DNA from: Phoronis australis
Taxonomy: Eukaryota > Animalia > Phoronida
Length of the DNA stretch: 55,465 nt
Assembly: GCA_002633005.1 (NCBI GenBank)
Contig: NMRA01000028.1
Coordinates: 870,764 to 926,228 of the forward strand
Direction: 5' to 3'
Shown here: piece by piece, positions 1 to 13,405 of the stretch
How the letters are laid out: every line of letters starts with the position of its first letter
How positions within the stretch are numbered: position 1 is the first letter of the stretch
The notes under the pieces: generated by a model
The model's input: the letters and a program-made list of their open reading frames with translations, nothing else
Databases searched by the model: none
What the model was told of the DNA's origin: nothing
Program-made: the position numbers and the translations under genes

Positions 1-651
1 CCGGACTGGCCGTGGCACGGCACGGCAGCTGATGGTTCACCAAGTAGAAACGTCTGTAATATTTTATGTTCTATCAACACTAAGGCAAAAGAGAGTGGTT
101 TCAACTTATATAGTATCTATTTAACGAACTGAACCATGCACTATGAACATGTTGGTGGCCATGATTAATAACAGCTGACGGTATAAACAAAGAGTGAAGC
201 ACTGAGCTCATCATGTCACGTTGTCACAACGGCGATGTGACGTCAGCAGCTGTAGAATGTAGGTCAAGATGCTGGGTCAAGATTCAGTTCACACAAGAAT
301 GTCATATGACTGTAAGCAGCATTGCATCCAGTGCCATCTGTTTGCCGTAAAGGTTTTGGATGAGCGGGTACATTTTGCTGCCTGAACCATGAATCAAAAA
401 CTGTCCGATAACTATGCTGCTATGCTATTGGGCAAGCAGACGACACAATCAGTCGGCACCGAAGTTTGAATTTTGTAATTAATTACCAGTAACATTGCCA
501 AAAGTACTCACGATACCAACACTTCTATACTATTGAAAGACTTTGAACAGCGTTTCAATGCCGAATTTTTTTTTCATTGTTTTGGACAGTAAAGTAGATG
601 CAAATATTTCTCGTCAAAGTACACTCTTGGCTAGCATGTAAGAAAATACCG

Positions 652-804
652 CCTCCCGTTCAGTAACGCTAGGACCTCGCTAAAAAGGAAGACTTCGCGA
701 GATTACGTGAGACATTGCCGTGTATTTTAAATGAGAGCACGTGACTTTGACTAGGTTTTAGCTAGGTCCTAGCGTAGGTCCTAGCGTCTACTGAACGCAC
801 ACCC
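652..804. mobile_element. Short MITE-like element
   Basis: Inverted repeats GTTCAGTAACGCTAGGACCT (658-677) and AGGTCCTAGCGTCTACTGAAC (776-796). Confidence 0.45.
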
Positions 805-1992
805 GGAGTTGTGAATCTGTTGTCTATAATCTATGCTCAAATTGAACGGCTTTGTGCCTGACAGGGGAGATAGTCCATAGACCACTTTTCTTAGTTAATT
901 TTAGTGGTCGTTTATGTGACCCTCTTACTGCCATATTGCATCTTGTAGCTTTATGTAACTTTTTGAACATACAGCTAAAGAGTAAATCTTGATGTCTGAC
1001 CAAAAATATCTTTCCTCAACTTTACATTTAGTAAAAATTGTCTTGCACAAGTGTCGATTTTGGAAATGATGAGCAGAGTTTACAGAAAAATTGAACGAGT
1101 TTTTTAACAAAAATTCTGCTTTAAATTGTAATAAAAATGAAGTCTAAGGTATTTTAAATGTAAAAAAAGTTGTTTTCTGGATGTATTACGCGATCAGTAT
1201 CAAAACTGAACCCGATGACCTTTGTCCATTGAATCAGTTGACATTAGGTTTGAGGATATATAGAAAAATTGTACATGTAACCTTTTGCTTTCTTCCATTA
1301 TCATTTATTTGACAATTTCAGGTCAACTAAATGGAAATAAATCACTTTGAAGTTTGAATGTGTAAGAATTGTTATTTGTAAAAACTGGTTTTGAGACTAT
1401 CATGTTCTTAAAGACAAAATGATCGAAGAACGCCGGAAGGCCACTGATTTCTCAGTGCTCGTTTCATCAAACAAGTGCGATCACAAAGGCTTCGCGGCTT
1501 TAGTCAGTCATGGTAAAGACACTTCAGAACATCTGAGATGCTGGAATGTACCGCATGAATCAAGGCCAGTGTCAGAGTATGGGCTCGTACTGGCTAGCCA
1601 GGATGTAAATTTGTGACTGAGAGTGAGCACTAGGACCAGCGTCCGGCGTGGACTCCGAGTCAAATCATATGTGATGTTCACCGAAGAGAATTTGGTCCCG
1701 GGTCTTCACCCAAACAGAAAGTGCCTGTACCCTCAACACTCAAAATCTCCCAGAATAAATTCTGAACGAGGTACTAGACTATACTGACTTCAACGTTACG
1801 GTGGATATTGGTTCAGTTTGGACACTAGGCTTAGAGGCCACCCGGAACCTTCGACTAAGAGCCACAAGATCAGTTGTGTCACAGTTGCAGTTAAATGACC
1901 CAACTGTGCTTTCCTAGTCCTCGCCATGTATTATATATTTTATCGTTATTAATCGTAGTTTGTAGCTGAGGTGAAATGACAATAGTCAGTCA

Positions 1993-2207
1993 AGTGGCGT
2001 AGCCCTCAGTTCTTGCCCCCCGTCGACACCTCACTAAGTGGCGCCCCCTATTCCCGATTGGTAGCTGTGTAATTTGTAACCCCTCAATTAACAGATGCCT
2101 GGTGCCCCCCCTTGGACGACACCAGTTTAGCACCTCCTCCTCCCGCCCCCCTTTCGGCAAGCGCCCGGCGGCATCTTACTCCCCCCCTTACTAATTGCTA
2201 CGGCACA
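1993..2207. mobile_element. GC-rich MITE-like element
   Basis: Terminal inverted repeats GTGGCGTAGC / GCTACGGCAC with internal GCGCCCCC-type repeats. Confidence 0.45.
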
Positions 2208-5200
2208 GAGTCATTCCTGTTTGCTATGAAGTCCAGACCGTGTTGAACTTAGTATGCTTACCTAATGTCTGTCACGAACTGAGTCATTAATAAAATTGTC
2301 TTTCATGAATTGTTTTCTCTTTACCTTGAATGTACGTCTTTTCGTACCGTTACAATGATCGTAAAACTTTCAGATTCAACGTTGGGGTGGCCGGCGACCC
2401 CCGGTCTGGGACATTACAATATGAACGCAAACTTACAATAAGTTTTGACCGAGTTGAAATTTTTTTGCACTGAACAGAGGGCCACAACCCCCTTAGGTGG
2501 CTCTCACAACGAAGATAAAAAACACGAGTATATAAGGCAGATTCGGCTGGCAGTTGCGTCCACAGTCCCCATGTAAACAAACAGCGACGCCATCTATCAT
2601 TTAGACGAAGCACGTATACCAGTCATATTTTATGCACATAATTTTTGTAATAAGCAATAATCATCAGTGTGGTTTTGAGAGAATGGTAATTAGTAGTGCT
2701 GTTTGCTTTTTCTCTAAATACAAGCTGTTTACGTCATTTTTGCAAGCTAATTACACGTTTCAAGAGGTCCCCTATTGGTGGTTGAGGCAACTGAGAACAG
2801 GCAAATTGGTGCAGTTGGCGTAATGTTTCGTAAGCAAAAACTATGGGAGAGGCAAGATTTTTTATTTGAGATTATGAAGAGGTTAGGAATGACTAAGCAA
2901 ATTATTATAAGGTCAGTTTTTGAAAATGTGCAATATGGCTGCTACAGACTGCCAATCTTGGCCGAAAATTGATTCAGTGAAAACCTGCAAAATAGCCGTT
3001 TTTGCCACACAAAATCAAAACATACAAATTTGAAAACGAATTTTGAAAGGTATGCCGTTAAATTATTCAATTATAGTCCTTTAATACCGTATCACTCATT
3101 TGTTATCAGCTAGCTATATATGCTAGTAAAAGACATTCAAACATGTCTACTTCAGTGTCCAGTTTTGTTACAAAATGGAGGAACATGTCGTAAAAAGAGA
3201 AATAATGGATGAAAATGCTTAAATAGCGAGAATTTCCTACATCTCACCAAAGCAAAATCATGTGATAAGTCTCAAAAAATCTGTGGTTTTGGGAATAGAC
3301 TCTACTTGCTGGTTTTTATATGCCGTCACTCTTAAATTTGGGTAAACATCCCACAAATTAACGTCGTGATGTTCCCAAGCATATTAAAATAGCAATGTGA
3401 ATTTCAAAATCCGGCAGCGGATGAACTCCATTATCAGTTTTTTTTCGTGCTCAATGCAAAACAGTGCAATTACTGTCGTGTGCCAGTTTGCTTAGATGCG
3501 GGCAGTTTGGAACAACAAATTTGTTTAGGTTTGAGAACAAATGAAGAACGGAAAACGCACAGTACCGTTCGTTTTCGTTCAGGATTACGCAAACAAAAAA
3601 CTATTCATACAAAAATTGCAAAAGTGAAACAAAATTCTCATCCTTCTCACTGTTCATGTTCGAAGAATCTGTCCGGTACCCAGTCACTCCAAAAAAAAAC
3701 CCTTGGTTGAATTATTTTATTCACCACGCCGTATTCCTACTTAACTCTGTAACAAATTTTAATACAAATACCCTACATAGTTCAAGTTAACTTACAGTGG
3801 CAAGTGATTGGAAGGGGCCGGGATGTGATGGAACCGAGGAGATGAAAATATATTGGTAACCAGGAGAAAAGGTAATTGAAAAAATTGTTTTTGTGTTTCT
3901 CTCACAAAGCCATTGACTGTCCTAGCACGTTGTAAAATTTGCACTATCTATACCTATATGCAACATAGGCGNGCCTCCCCCCTTTGGCTGCCGCAAGCAA
4001 AATGAAACAACAGCAATACAGCGATACAGCGAGAAGCGTGAGGAAATGTTGAGTTCAGGAGCTAGGATCGGTAGCGGACGAAGGGGAAAAACACGTTGCC
4101 GTTTTATTTTATTTTTTTAGTCCACCAATAGATTATCCGAACAGAAGGTCTACATTCCTCAGCCCCCACACGTTTTGCGGCCGCCTGTGTGCACATACAA
4201 TCACGCTTTGCCCAATTCCCCGAGAATGTTGAGCCCGCCCACCCCTTATGGTATCCCAAATCCACCACTGTGCAATGACGACCATTTTTGCGATTTCAGT
4301 GCACGGAAAGAGAGTTATCAACGTAGAACTCTAGCTCTCGAATGCCAACTCCCGCACGTGACTTATGTACTCTATTATTAGAACTTGTGACAGAGACTAG
4401 TCGCGAGAGTTTGCATTGGGAAATTTCCGGCTGCTTGCTCGACTCAGTTTTGATCGAGAACTGTAGTCAATGAGCTATATACTTCTACTTGGTTGTAGTT
4501 ATCAAATCAAGCCCAATAAATTGCATTGCTTAATTTTCATTTTATGATTATTGCTCATTCAAGTGAGGCTCTTGGGTTATGGTTCCATACAATCAGCGAT
4601 TTCGCGGCAAAATTAGTGAACAAACCCGACATTTACATTGCTCAGTCATTCACCGCCCTGTGGCCCTGGGTGGATACCGGGAGTTGTTTGGCCTCTGATA
4701 TCTTTTCAGCTCCAGCCATAGAACCATTTTCAATAACCTACCATACTACATGCCAGGAGCTTTTAACTAGACATTTTTGGGTGTTAAAACCATGTTACAG
4801 TGTTTTACGGAAAGAAGTTACATTCGGCTTAACTGAAAAGCTTCTAAAGCCCTAAAAACAGATGTGTTTACGTAACGTAATTGCTTAACTAGGTGTGTGT
4901 GTGTACAGGCCCGTAGAAAGGTAAAAATTACTGGGGGAGAAGCACAAATGAATTCTAATTCGTCAAACTACACCCCCCCCCCCNGGTTCCCGGGCCTCAC
5001 AAGCTGACGTCACGGATTGCTTGTGAAGGCCCAGGTACAGGGCACTAGAACGATGGTTTTGATTGGCTGTCAGCTGGCAATTTTTAACCAGGAAGTTTGC
5101 TCTGCGCATGGTGACATCCGGTATTACGTTATCAGATCGCTAGGTGTCGCGAGAGTAAAAGTTATTTTGCGAGTGGGTCGCGTTTGCGATCGGGGGGAAC

Positions 5201-5417
5201 TCTCTGGTGAGGTAGCTGTTTATATATTGTGATATTACCAACAAACTGCAGTAAAATCATGTAATTATCGATTCCTTACTAGGAAAGTAAACCTGAATTA
5301 ACAATGGCTTCACTCTTTTCACTTGACATTTTTTCAGTTTCATTGTTTGAACGCTTTTTATCGATGAATTGAAAACATCCGAAATCCTGGATCCTCCCCT
5401 GCTGTAAGATCTTACAG

Positions 5418-5578
5418 CAGGGGATGATCCAGGATTTTGAGTTAGGGGGTAGGGGTAAGGGCAGAATATTTTGCCCATCAAACATTTGCATCCCCAAGCT
5501 GCCAAATGGAATCTGGGAGAATTTTAGGCAGGGCCATGGCCCCCTTGCTGCCCCCCCCCTTCCCCCTATCCGTCTCTG
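5418..5578 (+). mobile_element. MITE family A (CAGGGGCGGATCYAGGATTTTGAG termini)
   Basis: Shares GATCCAGGATTTTGAG, CCAAATGGAATCTGGGAGAATTTTAGG and GGGCCATGGCCCC with copies at 9323, 50435 and 54509. Confidence 0.65.
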
Positions 5579-8289
5579 TACAGTGTTACAGTAGATACTA
5601 CTGGCACCCAATTTTCACCACTTCGCAGCCTGCACAGTATTCATCCCAAAGAACACCACAATTTTTGACCCTCCAGGTAGCCACAATTCTCAAGCTTCAC
5701 CCCTCACCTTGTTGACATACTAATTTTTTCTTCCCCATTTCCCTTTTTGAGGTGGGACCCCACACAAATTGAGGGTCCTAAGCCATTCAGATCACCTTGG
5801 GTATATTCGGGGCCTCAAAGTTCTCACTGGAGGTAAATTTAACCTGCGTGATTATCAAACTTAGTGGAGAATAATTGACCATAAAGTTCGAGCATGCACA
5901 AAAAACATTAACTTCAGTCCGAGGGCATCCAGAACAACTCGGGTGTTTTTGTAACCTCAAATTTCACCTAATACGTGAATGCTCTCTGCATGTGTGCGGA
6001 CTTCAGTTTGCCTATTATTGTCACTAGATTGAAAATCACATGACTTGCCATATTTTGTATAACGTTCATCTCCGATAGGAGATTTGTAGCTACGAAAATA
6101 CCCAAGAGGTGTTCCAAATAGGCCCTAACCTTTAGTTTTGTACATAATCCAAGTACTAGGAGAATCTCCACCCATTTAGACAGTGGCTAAAAAAACATGT
6201 TTGTGATCCGAGGTTTAGACTTCAATAAAATTGTAGTCTAATGTTTCAAATGCACAATCTTTTTATAAGAGCTAATGCTAACAAATAAATCCTTTCGTAG
6301 TAATTCTTGGACAGCTGTCTTTTTCACCCATTAAGCTTGAAGAAGTCTGCTCAGAGATTCCTGTTGTCAAAAATGAGTCTGGTGTCCAAGGTTTTAAAAA
6401 TACAGGTATCGTATTAAAACCCCTTTTACAGTAGGAAAAAGGTACCATTTGCAGTGTTTTTAACTTCCAGAGTGAAACATGTTGTATTCATGGAAAAAAG
6501 TTTGCTTTGGTAGGGATTTTTTCAAGCACCATTTTGAAGAGAAATTGTTTGAGAAAAATCACCCAGTTGAGTGTCGTGAGCTGTATAAACCTGTGGGAGT
6601 ACACCCTTGGAATGGTTTTAGGAGGGTACTCTGAAAGCCCAAGGATGGTGGAATGAACCCTATCCCTATACCTAACAATGTGTGTTGAACATCTTGGAAA
6701 GTACAAGCACAATTGTTGATTTCGGAATGCGCTTATCAGATGGTGTCTTCTAGCTTCCAGATTTCCTTCGAATTAAATACATTTAAGTTGCTATAAATGC
6801 ATCTTATGTGAAAAAGAATAAATTTTGATCTGAACAACTTACCCCTATATACAGGAATTGAAATGAAAATAAGAGGAAAATTTTCCAGGTGATCTATCAT
6901 CTCACAAATAGGCTTGTGTGATAAAAATATTTTTGTGTTGTAAAATTAAACTGAAATACCGGTAAATGTTTTTGCATGAATCAAGCCAAAAATGATGATA
7001 AAAAAGAAGCTGGAAATCAAATAAAAGCAAGTAAAAACAAACAAGGAAAATTCCAAGCCCTGTATATATCCCTGTCTCGACTTGTTCCTTAGTGGACTTG
7101 GAAGAATTCAAATTTTGTTATTGCTCAAAGCCATGGTTATTGCACCAGGTCTTAAGCAATAACAAACTATCCATTTAACCGAAGCCAATATACCACATGT
7201 AATCTCAGTAAGGAACAGAACAAGATCAAGAGTCTAATCACGAGCGCACACATGAAGATTGACATCAGACACTAGTATCCAAATCCAATGCCAATCTTCA
7301 TGTGAGTGCTTGTGATTTTTGCTACTAATTTGGCCAAAAACAACATTGTTTGTACCAGACCAATCTTATATTCTTACATGACGGTTTTAAAGAGTTTGGG
7401 TAAATAGCAGCTTGAAAAATGGTACAATTTGTGGATAAGGAATGTCAAAAGGGTTCATTTTTTTCAACACAATTTAGTACAGATGTTTTATTATTATCCA
7501 CATACCATTTAAATGCTTTTTGGGCTAAACAGATTCTAGCCCAGTCTTGTATGGATTGATTTAAAACCCTGAAAAAGGATTATGCGATCATGTTTTGGGA
7601 ATACACCTCTAGAGTGAAACTTTCAATCCAAATCGAACTCGAAATTGTTTTTGTCACTTCTAGTCCACTTCCTTGCGAGATCAAGATAGTACTTAATGAC
7701 CACTAGATTCGAGCTAAAATTTGAGTAAAAACTCAAGATTTCTAGTAAAACCTCGAACTCGGACTCAAACTTTTAGCTGTAATGCAGGGATCATTAATTG
7801 CCATCAATAAGTACTCAAGTATAGAATAAAAGAAACTTATCTCGAATTCAAACACAACTAGAATAGAAAATAACAAAAATAATTTTGAGTAAAAAGTTGG
7901 AACCCAGGGCCCAGGTGTTAATTTCATAATGGTTTATGCTTTCACAAGGCAGTGAATGCGCAACTTGAATGGCAGTCGGGTCTTTAGTAACTTATTCCCA
8001 TGTAGCAACACTGGTGTAGTCAGAATTATTCAAGAGGTTGCTAAACTTGAAATTGTTGGCAACCAATGACTGTAATGTGAGGCAACTTGGAGGCACTGCA
8101 TGAACAGGGGACAGGTACAGGGAAGCTAGGCAAGAACAAAACTGAAATGAGTTTCTATCTGGGGAAGGGTTTGCAATGAGGAGGGGATAGCCCTGNACAA
8201 TGCATACAAATATCTCCTGTTGAGTGACAATATCTGAAGAGTGCAGTTTTCAAATGCATATTTTATGCTACTGTTACTGATTGCCGAAG

Positions 8290-8730
8290 CGTGTCAGTTT
8301 GCGTTCTTTCCAGGAATCGTCATGAAAAAATGCATGGAAAACTATTGGTCGACATTGTTGTTCTCAATGCAGGGTAAAGAATCGTTACCAGATAAATACA
8401 TGCAAGGTTGGTTACATTTATTTCAACCGACATCACAACAGTCGCGTTTCAGATTACACTCTTTCCAAGAATCGTCATGAAAAAATGCTTGAAAACCGTA
8501 CTGTGCCTCGGAGTTGTTGTTCTCAATGCAGGGTAAAGAATCATCCGATAAATACATATGTACCCAGACGTTCTCTTGTACTACACAAGGTTGACTGCAT
8601 TCAATTCAACTGACATTACAATAGTCGCGTTTCAGTTTGCGTTCTTTCCAAGGATCGTCATGAAAAAATGCTTGAAATGCTATTCCCAGAAATTGTTGTT
8701 CACAATGCTGGGTAAAGAATTGTTATCAGT
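8290..8730. repeat. Three diverged ~160-180-bp tandem units
   Basis: CTTTCCA..AATCGTCATGAAAAAATGC and TTGTTCTCAATGCAGGGTAAAGAAT recur three times with few changes. Confidence 0.75.
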
Positions 8731-9322
8731 TTTCTGTGTTTTTGCTTCTTTGACCCAGTTATCCTCAGAAATTTCAGGCAATATTTCCAATTTTTATTTA
8801 TTATTATTACTGAGACCATGGATGAGTTAATCCATTACACAAACTATTTCAGTGTCCTGCAGTTTCTAGGATTTTTACAATATCACAAAAATGAGATTTC
8901 ATATTAAAATTTGACACAGATTTTGAGCGAAAACTGATGTGCCCGACTTTTAAACTATTTATCAGAGTAGGAATTGTTTAAACTACATTTTCGTAATATA
9001 ACATAAGCAAGTAAACAGCAGCGCATAGTACCATCCAAGCCCGTGACATAGGGTGTCTTTTTATCCGTTTTATTTAGAAAACGTACTTAGTCGGCACGCA
9101 TCTGTTAGCAAATTTTATAATGAACACGCGGTTTACTCCGTGGATGGGCGGACACAGGTTATCGCTGACCGGTGTTTAGTAGCTTTCGGTGCGACGATAG
9201 ACTGAAGACTGGTTCGAGTTAATAACTTTATTAATTTCGGCCGCACGTACTCAAGTCTACTCAAACAAAACGTACTACATAATGTCTGTTTTATGCTGCA
9301 GCTAGTGCTGCAAAACCTTGGC

Positions 9323-9467
9323 CAGGGGCGGATCTAGGATTTTGAGTTGGGGGGCGGAGCAGAGTATTAGCCAGGAATTTGCCCGTCAAACACTTACACC
9401 CCGATTTACCAAATTTAATATGGTAGAATTTTAAGGGGGACCATGGCCCCTTCTAAATCCACCACTG
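9323..9467 (+). mobile_element. MITE family A
   Basis: TIRs CAGGGGCGGATCTAG / CTAAATCCACCACTG; internal similarity to 5418-5578. Confidence 0.65.
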
Positions 9468-11902
9468 TACCTATTACGGTTCACGAGTTAAACGTGAACT
9501 TCATTCAAACGCTTAGAAATCTTTGTTTATGATCGCGAGTACTTTGAGTACCACTAAGTACCCCCCCCCCGGCGTTCGACATGTACACGGTCATAAATCG
9601 TAGCTGCCCGACAGTCTTTTCGACAGGTGCGAATTCCTTGCAAACAACTCCTAGAAACTATCTTTAAAAGAAATAATATTCTTGTGATATTATGGGGAAA
9701 AAGGTAACATTATTTTATAACTAACCATCGGTAACTTTTGGTTTTTAGAATAAAAATACTTTTAAACCAGTCATGTATGCGAAATGATATTTACTTATGT
9801 ATTAAATTGTTTATCTTTTGCTTCTGATATAATCATCAAAAACTGACAAAGGACTTTCTAATGATAAGGTTCTTATCGGGAAGGCAGGTAATGCCTTTAT
9901 GTTCTAATGCAATTCGGTTGAATAACGATGGAGTTGCGAAAAGTTTTAATGACAGTAAATTCCGTAGCAAGTGCACACACCGGAACGAACGAATGCAAAC
10001 AACTCTCACGCTTGCGCGGTACAGCTACCTCAAAGGCATCAGGGCTAAGTTCTGAGTCATACCACTCAATTCGTCAATTAATTTCCCATTTACAGATCTA
10101 AATCTAAAGGCTTGGAGAGTCGTATACAAACATCTCGAAAGCATTTAAGCCTACGACTTCAAGTTTACGTGACCAAAACCCGGCACAAAAGAACTGGCAA
10201 GTGAACATGTAAACAGTAACGCTACCTATTGGTGACTGTGAAAACAATTTAATCTTATCTCCCATAGAAAAACCAAACAAATTAAAAATGGCCGACGTCC
10301 CTGGAGTATATCATGAGGATTTGTTAAAGAACAATCGCTGATTTGTGATGAAAAGTAAGGCTCCGTGCAGTTATGTTCTTCGAGGCTTAAGTTTAACATC
10401 CTTTCATTTTCTTCTTCCGACAAACCGACCTTGTGGCTTAGATTTAACCCTTTTCGCCGTATATGATTCTGAATTTATGAAATCTTACGTGATCACCCAG
10501 TTCAGTCCAACTCCAAACCGGTCCCCGTCCAACCAAGGTCGAAAGTGTGATGATTATTCGCAATATCTCACAGTTTGAGTTATACAGGGTGGTTAACCTC
10601 ATGGAACTTGTCTTTTCATTGGCCCCAGATGTTGAGAACTAGTTTCCTGCGCGTTATTTACGTTTCAGTGGAAGAAATTAGAAATTGGTTCTCAAATTTG
10701 GGATCAGACAGTCGGGCACTGTGCCACTGTGTAAATGGTGAGCTTGTTCTGTTCAAACTGTTGTAAATAATTTCAATTTTTCGGGATCTACCAGCCGCTG
10801 CATTCCACTGACACGTTCGTTGGTGTTTGCAACTCGTTACACAAGTGGAGCACACTGAATATCCTTATTTACGTACATTTGGGCCGGGGGTTACTGGCCT
10901 GTAAAAGGGTAAAAGTGGAGTAAATGGGTCCCTCTTGAAAGTGGCTGCCGACAACCAGTTTTCACTGAATAATGGCAGTGTCCAATATTGTAGAGGGACC
11001 CGTTTACTCGACTTTTACCTGTGGAAGTCGAGTAGTCAGGTCCCTCTTGGAGTCTTGGGTAATGACCGATACTTCTTTGTGAAAACTGGTTCCCAGGCAT
11101 TATTGTGAAGAGAGACCCAGCTACTTAATATTACCTTAATGACCTTCTTCTGCTGAACAGTAATGAGTGAATAGTCAGTATCTTGACTAGATTTAGACTC
11201 ATAGTGACACGTGACTTCTGGATGTGACGTAGAGCTGCACAAAGCCTATCTAAATCCGAACAGTTTGGACGCTTGGCTGTCACACTGGAAACCCTGGTTC
11301 AAGTCTCTGTGTTGGCAAAATTTTCTACGTTGGGCCAAATTTTCTACAATACGTATGCTCTATACTGCACATTGCTGGGGGTCAGCAGAAGTGAACCACT
11401 GATTTGCACAGAATTTTATGTGGCATTAAATGATCTGACTTTAAACTATAGACTGAATCAAGTGACAAATTGATCAACAGTATTTGGGTCAGTATGTGAA
11501 TTTGCATTAAGATGTATAAACTGTAGTGGCTCAAAGAGAAAACGAGGTATTAAACTGTCTGTATTGCTATAACATTTTTTAAAAACAAATTAGCATCATT
11601 GTGTCACATGCACCAGGGTATGACAGCCCTGACAGTCATGAGTTAAATCACCTTGCAACATTGTTGTTAATAGTATCTGTATCACATCTTTCTGATAAGT
11701 GTTAACTCAATGCAACCCTTGACATTTGACTCCTTGTCTGACTGTACTACATACAATCAATGAACAATGTACCCTGCAATGTACATATACCAATGCATGC
11801 ATTTGCGCCTCATTATTGTTGAGCTTAGCTTATGGCAGTCATGTTAGGTAAATATGCATTTTTAGTCTGATTTAGGATAGATTTGCATTTACTGGTTTAA
11901 TT

Positions 11903-12600
11903 CAGCGGCGGATCTAGGATATCACAAGGGGGGCCCAACATTTTGAGCGGCTGTAAGCATTTGCGCCAACCACGATTGTTGATGCATATAACACCGCCCA
12001 GGAAATTTTTTCTGTTTTTTCCTCTGAAAATCAAGCATTTTCCTTGATTCCTGAAGTATTATCCAAGAAAAAAAAAGAAAAAAACAAAAAACAAGAACGT
12101 GTCAAACAGGAAAAACTGCATGTTCCACAGACTCGAACTCACGAACTGGCGAATAGAGCGCGTGTGCTTAACCACTACAAAATCTACATGTACACGGGCA
12201 ATCGGGCAACCGTTAGTGTTGAACCCTGGTCACTCAGGTTCCATTTTCTTTAAAAAAATGAAGTAAATTTTCTTCATAGCACAGTGGAGCAGACAACGGA
12301 AACGGGGTCGTAGCGCGCAGCGCCACTGCCGGTCGCCTGTGATATCGCGGGAGAGCCTATACTTAGCCATAGTTCCGTTACGAATGCGCCGTGTTCCGAA
12401 TTTGACACTTGAAATTGGATCTGAGCCCCCCCCAAACACTAAAACTGCACACATTCAAATCTTGTTTCATCCGTATAATTTCAATTACCTGGGTTAATTA
12501 ATAATTTCCAACATTTCCCTACGCTCTTGCTGTTTTATTTTTTTGTGGCAGCCAAAGGGGGGAGGCCCGGGCTCGGGCCTCCCCCCTAAATCTGCCTATG
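11903..12600. mobile_element. Composite repeat: MITE-like ends plus a tRNA-derived (SINE-head-like) fragment at about 12130-12180 on -
   Basis: Ends CAGCGGCGGATCTAG and TAAATCTGCCTATG. Segment 12500-12600 resembles the reverse complement of 3964-4050. Minus strand shows A-box-like TAGTGGTTAAG and B-box GTTCGAGTC. Confidence 0.45.
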
Positions 12601-13046
12601 TAATTGTGCTTTCAGTTTCTGCTTTTCTTTGATGTTTTCACTATGAACGTTGTTCCACCTGCCTTTGACAAGTGCCAGATTTGGTGTCATCCTTCTGTAC
12701 ATGGCTGCAGTTATTAAACGTTATTTGTACCATAGATTAGTCTCCTTGATTTCAAATCCCTGCTGTAATTCACAAAGCATCTTGACTGTCTTTACTAGTT
12801 CCAGTACTTAGTATGTTCTAGTAAACTCTATCCTCCATGGGCTTCATCAAACTATGAACATTTGTATTTATGTGCCACAGCTATGGTCCACATGAATCAA
12901 ATAAGTGAAGCTCTCCTTGCACTGTACTGTCTGTACATGGACCAGCTACAAGTGCAACACACATGGAGAGCTATGAGCTCAGTTGACTGCTTCAAGTGAT
13001 ATTTATCTCAAACTCTTGTATTGTGCAAGCAGGCAGGCAAAACACA

Positions 13047-13050
<4 letters not shown>

Positions 13051-13084
<34 letters not shown>
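13051..13084. repeat. (CA)n microsatellite
   Basis: Read directly. Confidence 0.95.
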
Positions 13085-13088
<4 letters not shown>

Positions 13089-13405
13089 AATGCATTCAAT
13101 GATTAAAAAATTGCCCTCAAGACTGGACTCCTTTTAACTCTCGGAGACCTCTGTTGCAGAAGCTTTTATGCAAGTATAAAAATTCTACCATTATAGGACA
13201 TGCCTTACTACTCAGGAACCCGTAGTATTATAGCGTCGATGTGGAGAACTGAAAATGGTAAGTTTATCACAATTAATGGATGTTGCATACATTGCATAGA
13301 GAAACCAGCATGCTATTGTAGAAGACAAACTTTTTAAGGTTGGATTGTTTCATCAATATCAGTTCATTTCAGCTGGAGTCCATTGAAGCCATGCGATGCT
13401 GAGCT

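Larger units (their letters stand above)
10280..13405 (+). promoter_or_regulatory. Putative FBXW7 TSS region and 5'-UTR exons (about 10280-10354, 13160-13257, 13373-13405)
   Basis: YY1-like AAAATGGCCG at about 10285 in a locally CpG-richer stretch; donor AAA/GTAAGG at 10355; acceptor TGTTGCAG ending 13159 and donor ATG/GTAAGT at 13258; acceptor TTTCAG ending 13372. No transcript evidence. Confidence 0.35.

Noticed and set aside
2320-2600. Possible promoter or first exon (TATATAAG at about 2529; minus-strand donor near 2324)
   Set aside because: No supportable coding exon or partner exon within the window.
12130-12185. tRNA gene on the minus strand
   Set aside because: A- and B-box-like motifs are present but no acceptor stem or cloverleaf can be built; treated as a SINE-like fragment.
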